From: a virus | DNA: 64,000 nucleotides | IMG/VR virus record: IMGVR_UViG_3300044568_004476 | Location: 7,424 to 71,423 of that record | Direction: 5' to 3' (one strand) | Shown here: in pieces, positions 45,935 to 57,200 of the stretch | Numbering within the stretch: the first letter of the stretch is position 1 | Layout: the number at the start of each line of letters is the position of its first letter | The notes under the pieces: generated by a model | Databases searched by the model: none | What the model saw: the letters and a program-made list of their open reading frames with translations, nothing else | Told to the model about the DNA's origin: nothing | Program-made: the position numbers and the translations under genes

Positions 45935-47659
45935 ATGAATATTTTTAAGAAGAATAACATCCTGATTAACGGTCTATTAAATGACACGTTTTCTTTCCTG
46001 CAGGACACGTATAATCAAACGACAAATCTGTTTACTGTAGCATCAGCTTGGGGACAGATTCTTTTTGTTTTGCAAAACCTTTCTCAGATGATTCTATATT
46101 TTATAGAGGATTCTATAACTGAGTTAAATATAGAGCAAGCAACTAGAGATTATTCGGTTAGAAGTTTAGCTCGAATAGCTGGATATGATCCGGGCAGAGC
46201 AAGTACTGCTCAAGGAGAGGTAACATTATCTTGGAATAGAAGACAATCAGATATAGGTGGAAGCGCAGTTATAATCAACAACTACGCACAAATCAGATGT
46301 CAGGAAAATGGTAAATTATACTCTTTAGTTTTCGGATCATCAAGGGTAACAATTCAGCTTGGAGGTAGTCCAAGCCCTCTTAGAGTTAAAGTAGCTCAAG
46401 GTGATTTTATTAGCTCTGTTGTAACAGGAACAGGAAACGCTTTACAGAGTTTCAACCTTCCATCTTCATCAGGATCTTATTTGGATCAATTCTATGTTGA
46501 TGTTTACGTCAATGAGGAAAAATGGAGAAGGTATGATTCACTCTATGATATACCTTTAAACGGAAAAGGCTTTATGGTTAGAACAGGGATTCAAGAAGGT
46601 CTGGATGTTTATTTTGGTAATTCTAATTTTGGTATGGTGCCTCAAAGAGGATCAAGAATAAGAATAGAATATCTTCAAACATCTGGAGGATCAGGTAACG
46701 CTATTTCAACTAAGGAAAAACCTTTAACGTATAAATTTGTTTCTAGCGGAACTGATTTATTTGGTTCTGAAGTAGATCTAAACAACTATATCGATGCTCT
46801 TAATTCTATAGACCCTTCTTTTGGTACTAACCCAGAAACAACAAATTTAATAAGATTAGTTGCTCCAAAGACAAGTAGATCTTTCGTTTTTGCTAATGCA
46901 CAAAATTACGAGATTTTTCTAAATAAACTTGGGATATTCTCACAAATTCAAGCATTTTCAACATTCGATGATGATTACTTAGATGATGATAACGTTATCT
47001 ATATTTTCTTGGTTCCTGATATAACATTAAACATATCTTCTAATGAGGATTATTTCGATATTCCGGTGTCTGACTTTTTACTTAGTACTAATCAGAAAAC
47101 TAAGATAATAAATCTTATTGAGGATTCTGGGTCTATGATAGCAACAACTGTTGTTAGAATAGTAGAACCACAAATTAAAAGATACGTGGCAAACGTGGTG
47201 ATTACTATGTTTGAAGGATATGATCCTGAGACGATAAGACAAGCTATAAGAAAGAAAGTTTCCGAGTATATGTTAAATCTAAAAAGAAGAGATTTCATTC
47301 CTAAATCTGATATAATAGCTTTGGTTGAATCGGTAGAGGGTGTAGATTCTGTTTCATTCTATTTTGTTGGGGAAGCAAACGAAAAGAATCAAACTTTGCT
47401 TAGGAGTTTAACCAACGTTTCCGATATGCAGCTACAGCAACAGGTTGGGATTAATGAATTTGGCGATATTATAATAGGTAGAAATGACCTTGTTGTTTTG
47501 AGAGGTGGATGGACAGATAGAAATGGTACAAATTATCAGCAGGGTATAGTTCAGGGTAAACCCGGAGCTCTTAATGTAAGTATTGCTAAAGTAATACCTG
47601 TGAATTTCAACATGTCTCTAAATGCTGAAATGAAATCTCAACTTATAAACAATAACTAA
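45935..47659 (+). CDS. gp6: Baseplate wedge subunit gp6 / baseplate J-like
   Basis: ATRDYSVRSLARIAGYDP, VYFGNSNFG..P, IEYLQTSG..GN, GTNPET...IRLVAP, NYE motifs; follows gp25. Confidence 0.85.
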   Translation: MNIFKKNNILINGLLNDTFSFLQDTYNQTTNLFTVASAWGQILFVLQNLSQMILYFIEDSITELNIEQATRDYSVRSLARIAGYDPGRASTAQGEVTLSWNRRQSDIGGSAVIINNYAQIRCQENGKLYSLVFGSSRVTIQLGGSPSPLRVKVAQGDFISSVVTGTGNALQSFNLPSSSGSYLDQFYVDVYVNEEKWRRYDSLYDIPLNGKGFMVRTGIQEGLDVYFGNSNFGMVPQRGSRIRIEYLQTSGGSGNAISTKEKPLTYKFVSSGTDLFGSEVDLNNYIDALNSIDPSFGTNPETTNLIRLVAPKTSRSFVFANAQNYEIFLNKLGIFSQIQAFSTFDDDYLDDDNVIYIFLVPDITLNISSNEDYFDIPVSDFLLSTNQKTKIINLIEDSGSMIATTVVRIVEPQIKRYVANVVITMFEGYDPETIRQAIRKKVSEYMLNLKRRDFIPKSDIIALVESVEGVDSVSFYFVGEANEKNQTLLRSLTNVSDMQLQQQVGINEFGDIIIGRNDLVVLRGGWTDRNGTNYQQGIVQGKPGALNVSIAKVIPVNFNMSLNAEMKSQLINNN

Positions 47660-48189
47660 TGAACAACTATTCTCCATTTTTCCCCGACCTTAAGAAGGGA
47701 GTAAACTATACAGTTGCTGGAATAAAACCAAGAACTGATAACACCACTTTCTACGATGCTAAGGATTTATACCCAACATCAGAACTTGCTTCTGATAGAT
47801 CTTATAATATAGGATGCTCTGGATACAGGAGGATACTTTCTAGCGGTTTGGGTGAATACAAATATGCACCTTGCTCTGATATGTTGGAATATAAAACTAT
47901 TATGAAATTAATGCCAAAAATTCCGGTAGAAAGAAGGTACTATGAATTTGATCCTACCCAGAATATTTATGATATAAGGGATAGCTTTAACGACAATCTT
48001 TATAACGGATTTGATTATAGAGATCAGTTATTAAAAAGATCTTTATCTAACGTTCTTTATAGAGACCCTATTAAAGAAGGAATACTTGGATATTTTAATA
48101 GAGTAGTTTTTGGCCTGGTCGAAACAACTAAACAGATTAAGAATTTTGTTAATTACACGGTTAAAAGAAATAATAAAAGGGTTTTTTAG
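47659..48189 (+). CDS. Hypothetical baseplate-associated protein
   Basis: 176 aa; LYPTSELA..RSYNIGCSGY...YAPC loosely resembles the DUF3721 motif. Confidence 0.6.
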   Translation: MNNYSPFFPDLKKGVNYTVAGIKPRTDNTTFYDAKDLYPTSELASDRSYNIGCSGYRRILSSGLGEYKYAPCSDMLEYKTIMKLMPKIPVERRYYEFDPTQNIYDIRDSFNDNLYNGFDYRDQLLKRSLSNVLYRDPIKEGILGYFNRVVFGLVETTKQIKNFVNYTVKRNNKRVF

Positions 48190-48192
48190 AAT

Positions 48193-51100
48193 ATGTCAGA
48201 ATTTTTCTATAGAAGGCTTAATTTTTATGATAAGACTGGAAGCCCGTTAAACTTTGACTACATTGGGGCAACAGGTCCTAGTGAACTTGATCAGAAGTTT
48301 ATATACATAACTTCATCATCGGTTTCTTCGGACGGCCAGGTATCTGTTAGCCAGCTGGACATTAATCCAGGCTATATTGATTTGAATATAGCTGATGTAA
48401 ACGGGTTTAATATTGTAGCTTGGGGTGATTCTATAAACAGCGCTATACTTAATGGTGCAGATGTGTACATTAAAGGTAGAATAGCAAATCAGGGGGAATT
48501 TGAAGCTAAAATATCCTCTGTTGTAAATAATTCAACATACCTAAGAGTTAGCTTTGAACTTAATAGTATTAATGGTCAAAGATTAATAAGTCTAAATAAT
48601 CAAATTTATTTTAGTACAACATATTCTAATAGACCTGGAGGATATTTTAAGGGTAACATATATTTTGATCCTGTTTCATCTGGACTTTATGAGAACCAAC
48701 AAATATTTATAGTTCAAACCCTTAATAACGGGGGTAATCTAGAATATGGGCTTCCACATACAGGAGCTACAGGAGCTACAGGAGCTACGGGAGCTACCGG
48801 AGCTCCTGTGGGTAAATGGAGATCTAGATGGTATAATGATAGCTATGGTGAAACTGATGTATCAGAAATACTATTCACATACAAGATAGAAGACCAGCTT
48901 GAGGGTGGGGATGGATACCCTCTGATAGTTAGTTATCCCAATCTAGTCTATAATGTAGATCTTAATCCTACTGATACACTTTCTGGTAATGGTTACGTTT
49001 CTACCTCTTCTGTAAATTCTGAGGCTTTATCCATAAATGTTGCCATTAATGCAACTGACTTAGCATCTAATATCTATGAGAGAAAATTAATCATAGAAGA
49101 TATTAGTACAGGAATCCCTGTAAAAATAATCGAGATGGATTTTTATGGCGAGATAGTTGGAGAGGATGAAAGATTTAGCGTCATGTTACAAAACATGGGT
49201 AGAGCTTTCTATCAAACAGATTCAATTATACTTAGAGACCATGATCCTTCTGAGCCTCTTCCTAATTACATAGAAATAAATGACAAGAGGAAAGAGTTAT
49301 TAATAGCGGGTGGGGAAATATTTCCATATATAGGAAGTTATAAAGGCCTGATCAATGCGATTAGATTCTTTGGATATCAGGATTTAAGAATAAAAGAGTA
49401 TTGGCTAAACCTACAATATAAGAGTGCAAAATTAGAATCACCTCTTCAGCAGAATCAAAGATTTCTAAATCAGATAAAAGGACAACAGTCTAAAGGATAT
49501 AGCCAGAGCTATCAGGTAGGTGATGTTTTAGATAATTCCAATTCGGGTAAGTATAAATTAGTTCAGACTTATGGTCCAAATTCTGATGGACAATATGTTC
49601 TTGACGTTTCTTCAGATACCACAATCCTACCTAGCAGAACATATAAAAAGACCTCGTTATTTGGTCTGTATTATGATATAAATAAATTAACTGGATATGA
49701 TTCAGATTATGGATATCCTGAGGTTGTTGACAATTTTCAATTTACTCAAGAGGAAGTTCTTATAAAAATGTTTGCTCTTAAGGAAAGACTTAAGAAAGAT
49801 TATTTACCTCTTAATGCAAGAATTATTGATATAACAGGAGAAGGTATTTATTTCAATGTTTACAATACCAAAGCATGGACAGATGTCATGCAAAGACCTG
49901 ATATCGAATCCGGATTTTATACTGATATTAAGGTTACACCAGATTTTGGGTTCATCGAGGATCTTAGAAATTTTTCTATTCGACCTTTAAGCACTTCTAT
50001 ACAGACCCCTTCTTCTTATTATAATAAGTTTGAAGCTTATGTGAATGTATTGGGCGGGACAGGAAGTGCTCTTTATATAACTGGACTTACTGGGGCAACT
50101 GGATTAACTGGACCTAATCCACTATTAAATATTAATGCAGGTAAGAACTATGAATTTAGTATTTCCACAGCAGGATCTGATTTTTATATCACAACAGATC
50201 CTGGACTTTCCCAGATAGATCCGCTGGGAATAATAAATAATGGGGTTACCTCAGGAGGGCCCAGCTTAGTTTGGAACGTAAGCCCACAACAAACATCTCC
50301 TGTGTATTATTATTCATCTACTAATAAAACCCTTCTTAATGGTGTAATTGAAGTTGCACCATCTGAGCTTTCTGATCTCGGTAATATTATAGATCCTTTA
50401 TCAAATCAGCAAGTATATACCGCACAACAGAATGATTCCCTATTAAATGCAATTACTAATTTCTATGACCTTAAACAGAATGGAGAATTAGTTGAACTTG
50501 GCGATGGTAAATATGATCCACCAGCTTATGCTGATCCCACAACGGGATTAACGTATAATACCCCTCTTGGTATGCCGATAGTATTAGAGCTTATTCTGGA
50601 TAGATGGACTTGGGACGAATTAAATATAAATTGGTCTTCCCTTTTGACCCCGGTATTTAAAGTTGGAAGTAGAGTTTTATATAAACCAACAAACATATTT
50701 GGTACCGTAACGGCTGTTAGTTATTCGACTGGGGTTTATACAATTTTCCTGGACAACTCAACAACAGTAAACACTGACGAAGCATCTTTATTTTCAAGCA
50801 TACAGAACTACTCTTTATTGAATTGGAAAAACGTAGATTTCTCTAATATGGTTGATATTGAGTGGATAGTAAATAAACCAGCAACACAACAAGGAAGCCC
50901 TTATAATTTCCAATTTAGAGGATCTATATTGGACTTTTACACCTTATCCCATTTTGTACCATACACAGGAGTTTATCAGGTAACATGCAACGTCTATGAT
51001 GCATTTAACGCTAAAACGGTAGCGATAAAGAATGGAGCTATAACAGTTAGCCCGAAGATTATCGATATTGATGCATGGACCAGATATAGAGAGGTGGAGG

Positions 51101-52419
51101 ATTACACTTGGAGAAATGTATTTAAGGCATGGAAAGATTATAATTCAATATGGGAATACCCTGCGGAAGGAGAATCAATAGAGATTTTAGAAAAGACTAT
51201 ACCTAGCGAGATACTAGATTTTGCCTCGTACGGAAACAAATCTGAAGAGGGCCAAGATGCTTATGTTAAAGTAAACACAGATCCGATTGGAGCAACTGGT
51301 TATATTTCATTTACACAAGAAAATATAATAATAACTGAAATAACATCTTATTTAATTATAGCAGGACAATATAGCTTTGCCACAGTAATATGTGCTACGC
51401 CACATAATCTTAGCACAGGCGAAGAAGTAACCTTATTAGACACTATACCTGAATTACTAGGAAGATGGATAATAACCGTTCCTTCTGGGTCTACTGATAC
51501 TTTTAAAATATCCACGATAATCAGTCCTTCCTGGAATAATATAACAGGGCCTTCCCAAATGGTAGGGCCTTCTAGATTATCTGTAGATTCAACTATATTT
51601 ACCAATCAATATGTTACTGGAGCCGGAAGTATTTCAGTTTACGTAGGCGGAAGATTGATAGGCTCCAGCAATTCTGGGGATTCCCTATACAGGACGGTAA
51701 ATGGTATAGCATCTTCTGTTAATTCACTTAGGACTTATCCTGATTATTTTGCTTCTTGTACAGATCCAGGAAATGATCCGGTTACCCTAGTTATCAGCGC
51801 TCCTGACGAATTGGGGGCAGACCAGAACGGGGTAGCTTTAACATACGCAACAACGGGATCTATTTCTGTAATTTCGAGCTCTACAGGATTAACTGGCGGG
51901 GTTAGTACTTCAGAAACATATGTCTATTGGTCAGAATCTAGCTCTGCTTTACCTAATGCAAACCTAAAATATTGGGGAACTAAAAAGCTAAATTGGGACG
52001 TGTTTACCGATAATGGATGGGATGAAGGATATGCCCACACATGGTTTGATTATGAGTTTAATAACGATTGGCTTGGCGGATATGAACTACACAACATAAC
52101 TCCCGGGGATTTCTTAAAGATCAGCACAGGCAACGAATTTTATCCATATCCAACAGGAATGACTATACAGCCAGGATCGGCTTCTTTGACTATAGGAGAA
52201 TTGTCTGATCAACTAAATAATTCAGCGGATATCAATATTCAGAATTTTTATTACCGGCCTATTCCTAACGAAAGCGGTAATCTACCTTTAAATACCCCAC
52301 CGATTAATGTTTCTATAAATAATTCAACGGTACCCAACTCAAATAGTGCTGCACCTCCTTCAGTTTTAGGAGGTAGCGGATTATTGATTGCTGGATTCAC
52401 ATATCAACTTTATCCATGA
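48193..52419 (+). CDS. Large baseplate wedge protein (gp7-like), multidomain
   Basis: GSYKGLINAIRFFGY..L.IKEYW gp7/tail-I-like motif; GAT triplets; cupredoxin-like and FCCH-like (TPHNLSTGEEV) inserts. Confidence 0.65.
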   Translation: MSEFFYRRLNFYDKTGSPLNFDYIGATGPSELDQKFIYITSSSVSSDGQVSVSQLDINPGYIDLNIADVNGFNIVAWGDSINSAILNGADVYIKGRIANQGEFEAKISSVVNNSTYLRVSFELNSINGQRLISLNNQIYFSTTYSNRPGGYFKGNIYFDPVSSGLYENQQIFIVQTLNNGGNLEYGLPHTGATGATGATGATGAPVGKWRSRWYNDSYGETDVSEILFTYKIEDQLEGGDGYPLIVSYPNLVYNVDLNPTDTLSGNGYVSTSSVNSEALSINVAINATDLASNIYERKLIIEDISTGIPVKIIEMDFYGEIVGEDERFSVMLQNMGRAFYQTDSIILRDHDPSEPLPNYIEINDKRKELLIAGGEIFPYIGSYKGLINAIRFFGYQDLRIKEYWLNLQYKSAKLESPLQQNQRFLNQIKGQQSKGYSQSYQVGDVLDNSNSGKYKLVQTYGPNSDGQYVLDVSSDTTILPSRTYKKTSLFGLYYDINKLTGYDSDYGYPEVVDNFQFTQEEVLIKMFALKERLKKDYLPLNARIIDITGEGIYFNVYNTKAWTDVMQRPDIESGFYTDIKVTPDFGFIEDLRNFSIRPLSTSIQTPSSYYNKFEAYVNVLGGTGSALYITGLTGATGLTGPNPLLNINAGKNYEFSISTAGSDFYITTDPGLSQIDPLGIINNGVTSGGPSLVWNVSPQQTSPVYYYSSTNKTLLNGVIEVAPSELSDLGNIIDPLSNQQVYTAQQNDSLLNAITNFYDLKQNGELVELGDGKYDPPAYADPTTGLTYNTPLGMPIVLELILDRWTWDELNINWSSLLTPVFKVGSRVLYKPTNIFGTVTAVSYSTGVYTIFLDNSTTVNTDEASLFSSIQNYSLLNWKNVDFSNMVDIEWIVNKPATQQGSPYNFQFRGSILDFYTLSHFVPYTGVYQVTCNVYDAFNAKTVAIKNGAITVSPKIIDIDAWTRYREVEDYTWRNVFKAWKDYNSIWEYPAEGESIEILEKTIPSEILDFASYGNKSEEGQDAYVKVNTDPIGATGYISFTQENIIITEITSYLIIAGQYSFATVICATPHNLSTGEEVTLLDTIPELLGRWIITVPSGSTDTFKISTIISPSWNNITGPSQMVGPSRLSVDSTIFTNQYVTGAGSISVYVGGRLIGSSNSGDSLYRTVNGIASSVNSLRTYPDYFASCTDPGNDPVTLVISAPDELGADQNGVALTYATTGSISVISSSTGLTGGVSTSETYVYWSESSSALPNANLKYWGTKKLNWDVFTDNGWDEGYAHTWFDYEFNNDWLGGYELHNITPGDFLKISTGNEFYPYPTGMTIQPGSASLTIGELSDQLNNSADINIQNFYYRPIPNESGNLPLNTPPINVSINNSTVPNSNSAAPPSVLGGSGLLIAGFTYQLYP
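48759..48806 (+). repeat. Short collagen-like (Gly-Ala-Thr)n repeat, 9-bp period
   Basis: ACAGGAGCT repeated; peptide TGATGATGATGATGA. Confidence 0.8.
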
Positions 52420-52462
52420 TAGTTTTAATAGTGATATATAAATTAAACTATTTTATTCTTTA

Positions 52463-54166
52463 ATGTCGATAACAATAACACAAGGGGATTACGTTTTATA
52501 TCAGGATACCTCGGTAGGTAATCCCACAAGTAGAGCTTGGAATTTTCCAGGGGGAACACCGACTGGGGGCACAGCAGCTAACCCCGTTGTTAGGTATCTT
52601 TCTCCTTCCAATACTGGATTTAGTGCTAAATTAACTATAACAAGGGGGGTTATTAATTCAATTAAGAATGAGACAAATATAATCATAGTAACCCCAGAGA
52701 ATATTTCAGTAACATTGACTAATAACGTCCCCACGGGCACTACTATTCCAATGGGGGCAAATGTAAATTATACAGCTGCAGGATCTACCGCTAGTCTTTC
52801 TTATTATAGCTGGAATCTTGCTGGTTTAGCTGGATTCACAGGAACCAATCAGATACACCCCACAAATATTTTAAGCTGGCTTGATTTAACCGGATCAGAT
52901 TTAGGAGCTACTTATTCTACTTATACTTCGACATCATCAGTAGTATTTAATAGCTTTCTTGGTAATACATCAACATCTAGCATCAACATAACTTATAGTA
53001 AAAATGGCGAATTTGAGGCATATAACTACCTAAATGATGCTTTTGTATTAGGAGCAAATTACTACTATGTTACTAATACTGGGGTTAAAGTATTTACAGT
53101 AGGGATGTCTGGCGTTGGTGATATATTCAAAGTTGACACTAATAATTATGGATTATTACCTATTAATAATATTAAATTTAGAGCTCAGGATGAGTTTGTT
53201 AGTTACTGGTCTTCATCTCAAGATATTGAGATTTCACCGGGAAACTATGGATATTACCCCGGCCAATATGTTGCTTCTAATCCAGCATTTATGATATTGG
53301 CGGTCCCCCAAACTGGATGGGGGCCTTTAAGCAGATATGCAATAGGAAACTATATGATACCAGGTGATCTTGGAACCTATTTTAGTCATATATTTTACTT
53401 TGCTGATGTTCTTGGATATGGTGAATCAATTAAAGTTAATAGATATTGGAACAATAATTTGGTTAATTCCCTTATATTTAATGAAACATCATTTGGGTAT
53501 CAATCTTCTAGAGCTTTAGAGCTATCGCTTTCTCTTGGCAATGCACCTACAGCTTATATAATGGGACTTGATGGTGCTAATGGGTTAAGCGGAGGTACTG
53601 GTGGAGCTTGTCTTCCGTCGTCAGTTTTTTCCGGATCACTCCCAATAGTACTATATTTAACAGTAAAATTTAGTCATAGTGGATCTATAGATACTATAGA
53701 TCCTAGCTTAGATGTTATAATATCTGTACTGGTATCGGACATTTCAATTAACTTTGGACAAGGAAATTCTCCTGACGGGAATCTAGTATTTATGCAGGAT
53801 ACCCCAGGTGGAACAGGTGTTGCAACGGCTATAAATAATGCTTTAATAGCTTATGGGTATGACTCTAATATAGTTGCTTCTGCATCTCCTGATTATGCTT
53901 GGGCATCAGAATCTGGATGGTATGATGTAAATACATTTAACGGGCTTAAGATAGCTATAATAGACCGAGGTATTTTTCCACCTTATATAGCTGCTGTAGA
54001 TTTAAGCGACAATGGACCATGGCCTTCAGCTCCTTATTTTGGGGTCCCTAATGTAACGGGTAGCTCAAATTGGATTTCTTTCAATACAAATAGAATAGCA
54101 AACCCATACCAGTTAAACTTTACATTCGAAATACAGCCTAAAAGAGGATGGGAGTTTGGTTATTAA
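52463..54166 (+). CDS. PKD/Ig-like domain structural protein
   Basis: YQDTSVGNPTSRAWNFPGGTP.....NPVVRY....F.AKLTI is a PKD motif; second YYSWNL repeat. Confidence 0.7.
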   Translation: MSITITQGDYVLYQDTSVGNPTSRAWNFPGGTPTGGTAANPVVRYLSPSNTGFSAKLTITRGVINSIKNETNIIIVTPENISVTLTNNVPTGTTIPMGANVNYTAAGSTASLSYYSWNLAGLAGFTGTNQIHPTNILSWLDLTGSDLGATYSTYTSTSSVVFNSFLGNTSTSSINITYSKNGEFEAYNYLNDAFVLGANYYYVTNTGVKVFTVGMSGVGDIFKVDTNNYGLLPINNIKFRAQDEFVSYWSSSQDIEISPGNYGYYPGQYVASNPAFMILAVPQTGWGPLSRYAIGNYMIPGDLGTYFSHIFYFADVLGYGESIKVNRYWNNNLVNSLIFNETSFGYQSSRALELSLSLGNAPTAYIMGLDGANGLSGGTGGACLPSSVFSGSLPIVLYLTVKFSHSGSIDTIDPSLDVIISVLVSDISINFGQGNSPDGNLVFMQDTPGGTGVATAINNALIAYGYDSNIVASASPDYAWASESGWYDVNTFNGLKIAIIDRGIFPPYIAAVDLSDNGPWPSAPYFGVPNVTGSSNWISFNTNRIANPYQLNFTFEIQPKRGWEFGY

Positions 54167-54217
54167 TTCCTGATTATAAGGATTCAAATATATAGAATAT
54201 AATTTAAAAAAAAATAA

Positions 54218-57200
54218 ATGCCTAATAGCTCACTTTACATTAATCAAATAGATTTAGACCAAGAATTTTATGTTTGGGCTTCGGGTCAGGATGTTAGAAG
54301 ATTTAATGGATTAAGCTGGGAATATTATGACAGCACAAACTCTGCTGTACCCCAAGTTTCCCCATATTATTTAGATACTAGATGTATATCAATTGATCCA
54401 GAAGATAAAGCTTGGTTTGGTGTAGCACAAGGGCCAACATCAGGAAACGCTAGTATAAATCAGGTTGCTGTTTTTTGGATTAATACCAATAAGGTTGATG
54501 AGGGTGAAAGCTGGACTTTTCAAGCTTTAGGTACATTCGATCAGCCACAGGAGGTTTCATTAATTTATGCTTGTCCTTTTGGCGATGATATCTTAGCTTT
54601 TATTAATCCCCTTAATGGAGTAGGTGGTACCGGCGCATCTGCTTACACCAGAATTAAAGGGGCTACTGGGGGGAGACTATTTTACCACCTTAAAGAAACC
54701 GACCAATGGGACGAAACCATTGAAGATTACACTTGGCCCCACATATACGACATTGAAACAAAGGGATATGAAGGTAAGAACTATTTTTACTATATGGGAA
54801 CAGCAGAGGGTCTTTTTGTTGTTCCGCAGGGAAAACTACAAACACTAACACTAACTAATGGGTTTAAATACATTCAGCAGGCAAAGATCTATAATACTAG
54901 CACTAGCGGAATAATATCAGATAATGTTTATTGCTTAGACTTTGATGAGAACGGAAATCTTTGGATAGGCACTGACGTAGGACTTTCTTATTTTGATGGC
55001 GTTGAATTCTGGAATTATGGTGTTACCGGGGGTCCAATAACATCTGTAAAAGCAAGAGATAATGGGCACGTGTTTTACTCGATAGGTGACGGAGAACTTG
55101 GACAAGGAACGGGTCTTTGGCATTTCAACGGAACAACACATACCCAATTCCAAACGTCCAACTCCAATTTAGTTTCTAATGATGTACTTAGTATAGAAAT
55201 AATAGGACACAATACAACACAGGAAGGACTTGTTATACATGAAAATGATTTTTGGGTTCTCGGTTATAATAATCTTTCACTTTTTGATTATGATTTACCC
55301 CACGTTTACGCATCATCAAAATATGCTGGTGCTACCGGATGGAACTTTACATATTATACTGCTACTGGCGGCGGAGCACCTTTACCTAAAGTAAATAAAT
55401 ACACATGGAATAGTCCGGAATGGATGGTTTACGATGATTCATATTTAGCTTTAAAACATCCAGGATTAGATCCGCGTAATTTGTTCTTGACTACGAAATT
55501 AATCGATATAGCTGATGGTAGAGCAGGGGAACAAGCATATTGGAATAATTGGCCAATCCCAACATTCGAACAAGACCTAATAACAGAAAGTATACAATCC
55601 CCTTTATGGGATGAATCAATATCGTATATTGCAGGAGCATCAGGCAATATTGGAATGGTTAATATAACATCCTCAACTTCACAAACATTTCTTGGTGAGA
55701 AAAGATACTACATTTCAGGAAATGTTGAGCCTGATATTTACACAGGGGGTTACTCAGTTCAGTTTGGATATTATTCTGACAACACACCAGCAATACTGTC
55801 CGATATAGGTCCTAGTTTAAATTCAAATACAGCATCAAGTCATAATACGCAAAACAACGGGAAAACTGGATTTATCGTTTCATATTCAGAAAGCGGAAAG
55901 GTCGAATCAATACTGCCATTCAAAGGATTTAGCACAGAAATACAGAGTTTATGCTCAAGCGAGGATGGACTTTATTTATATGCTTCTGGTACATTCGATA
56001 AATTTATAGAGGTTGGCGAGTTTGTTTGGAGCGCATATGAAAATCTGAGTGGCCCAACCGGAGCAACTGGTTCTCCGATAGGTGTTACTAATTCTATGGT
56101 TCCTGGAGCTACCTCTGGATCTTATGCTGGTATAGGCGTTCCCTCTAATGGCACAATATTGTTTAATTCAAACTGGGATATTTCAGTTGGAAGCACCGAT
56201 GCGGTAGGCTCAGGCGGATGTGATTTTGGGTTTAGCGGAATAACTGCAGGATATGGCGGGAATTATGATGACATAAATAAAGTTTATCTTAATTTTGTAG
56301 ATTCGGGAAGTGTAAATAGATATTCTACGATATCAACCGTATTAACAGGGCAAACGATAAGAATAAGTGAGGGGATCAGCACTGCATATTATAGGATTAA
56401 CCAAATTTATAGTGATACAGATTCATTTGGTATTGACATTACGTACCAAAGCGGATCTACAGGATCAGTTCCATATACAGGCGGAACTGGTATGAACATT
56501 AGCTCTTATGACCGTTACAGTACCGTTTATCCATACACACTTTACAATGGAACTTCACAACCAAATTCTAAAGCTATATTCGTAGCTAAAATAGGAAGAG
56601 ATTTAGGGAACATTTCATCATTTGCTGGCGTTACTGGAGATTACAATAATTCAGTACAAAAGTCATATAGAATAAATTCATTCAGACATTTTGTACCAAC
56701 ATTACCTTATCCAGGGGGAACTGCTTATACGTCAATTGATTCTAGTAAATACTACGTGAATCTTGCTATTACACACGAAGCAAGTATCCCAGTCACATTC
56801 GACACTCTAAAGAATGCTTGGAATAGAAATGATGATTTAAGTACATCGCATAGTATTATAGGGGATTCTTCCGAGAATATCTTTGGCTCTTATGTCAAAT
56901 TGGATTGTGATAATCTTGCTTTAAGTAAAGTTGTGAATAGTACAGGAACTACTGGTGGATTCTATATAGATGAAATAAAATCTGCTAATAACGAATCTGG
57001 AGTTTTATTAACAGGGCAGACTAAGAGGGGCTTTAGCATGTTTGGTCTAGATATATCACACCCGTCTCCGTCCGATTATTCAAGTTACCCTTTCTATATT
57101 ATAGCAGGGCCAACAGGGAATGGTGTAACAGGGGGAATAATAAACATAGGTGGTACGTCCTCTAATTCTAATATCAATAAAATTCATTCAGCAAAAGATA

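Noticed and set aside
48759-48806. True collagen triple-helix domain
   Set aside because: Only about five Gly-X-Y triplets; too short, so treated as part of the dispersed GxTG pattern.
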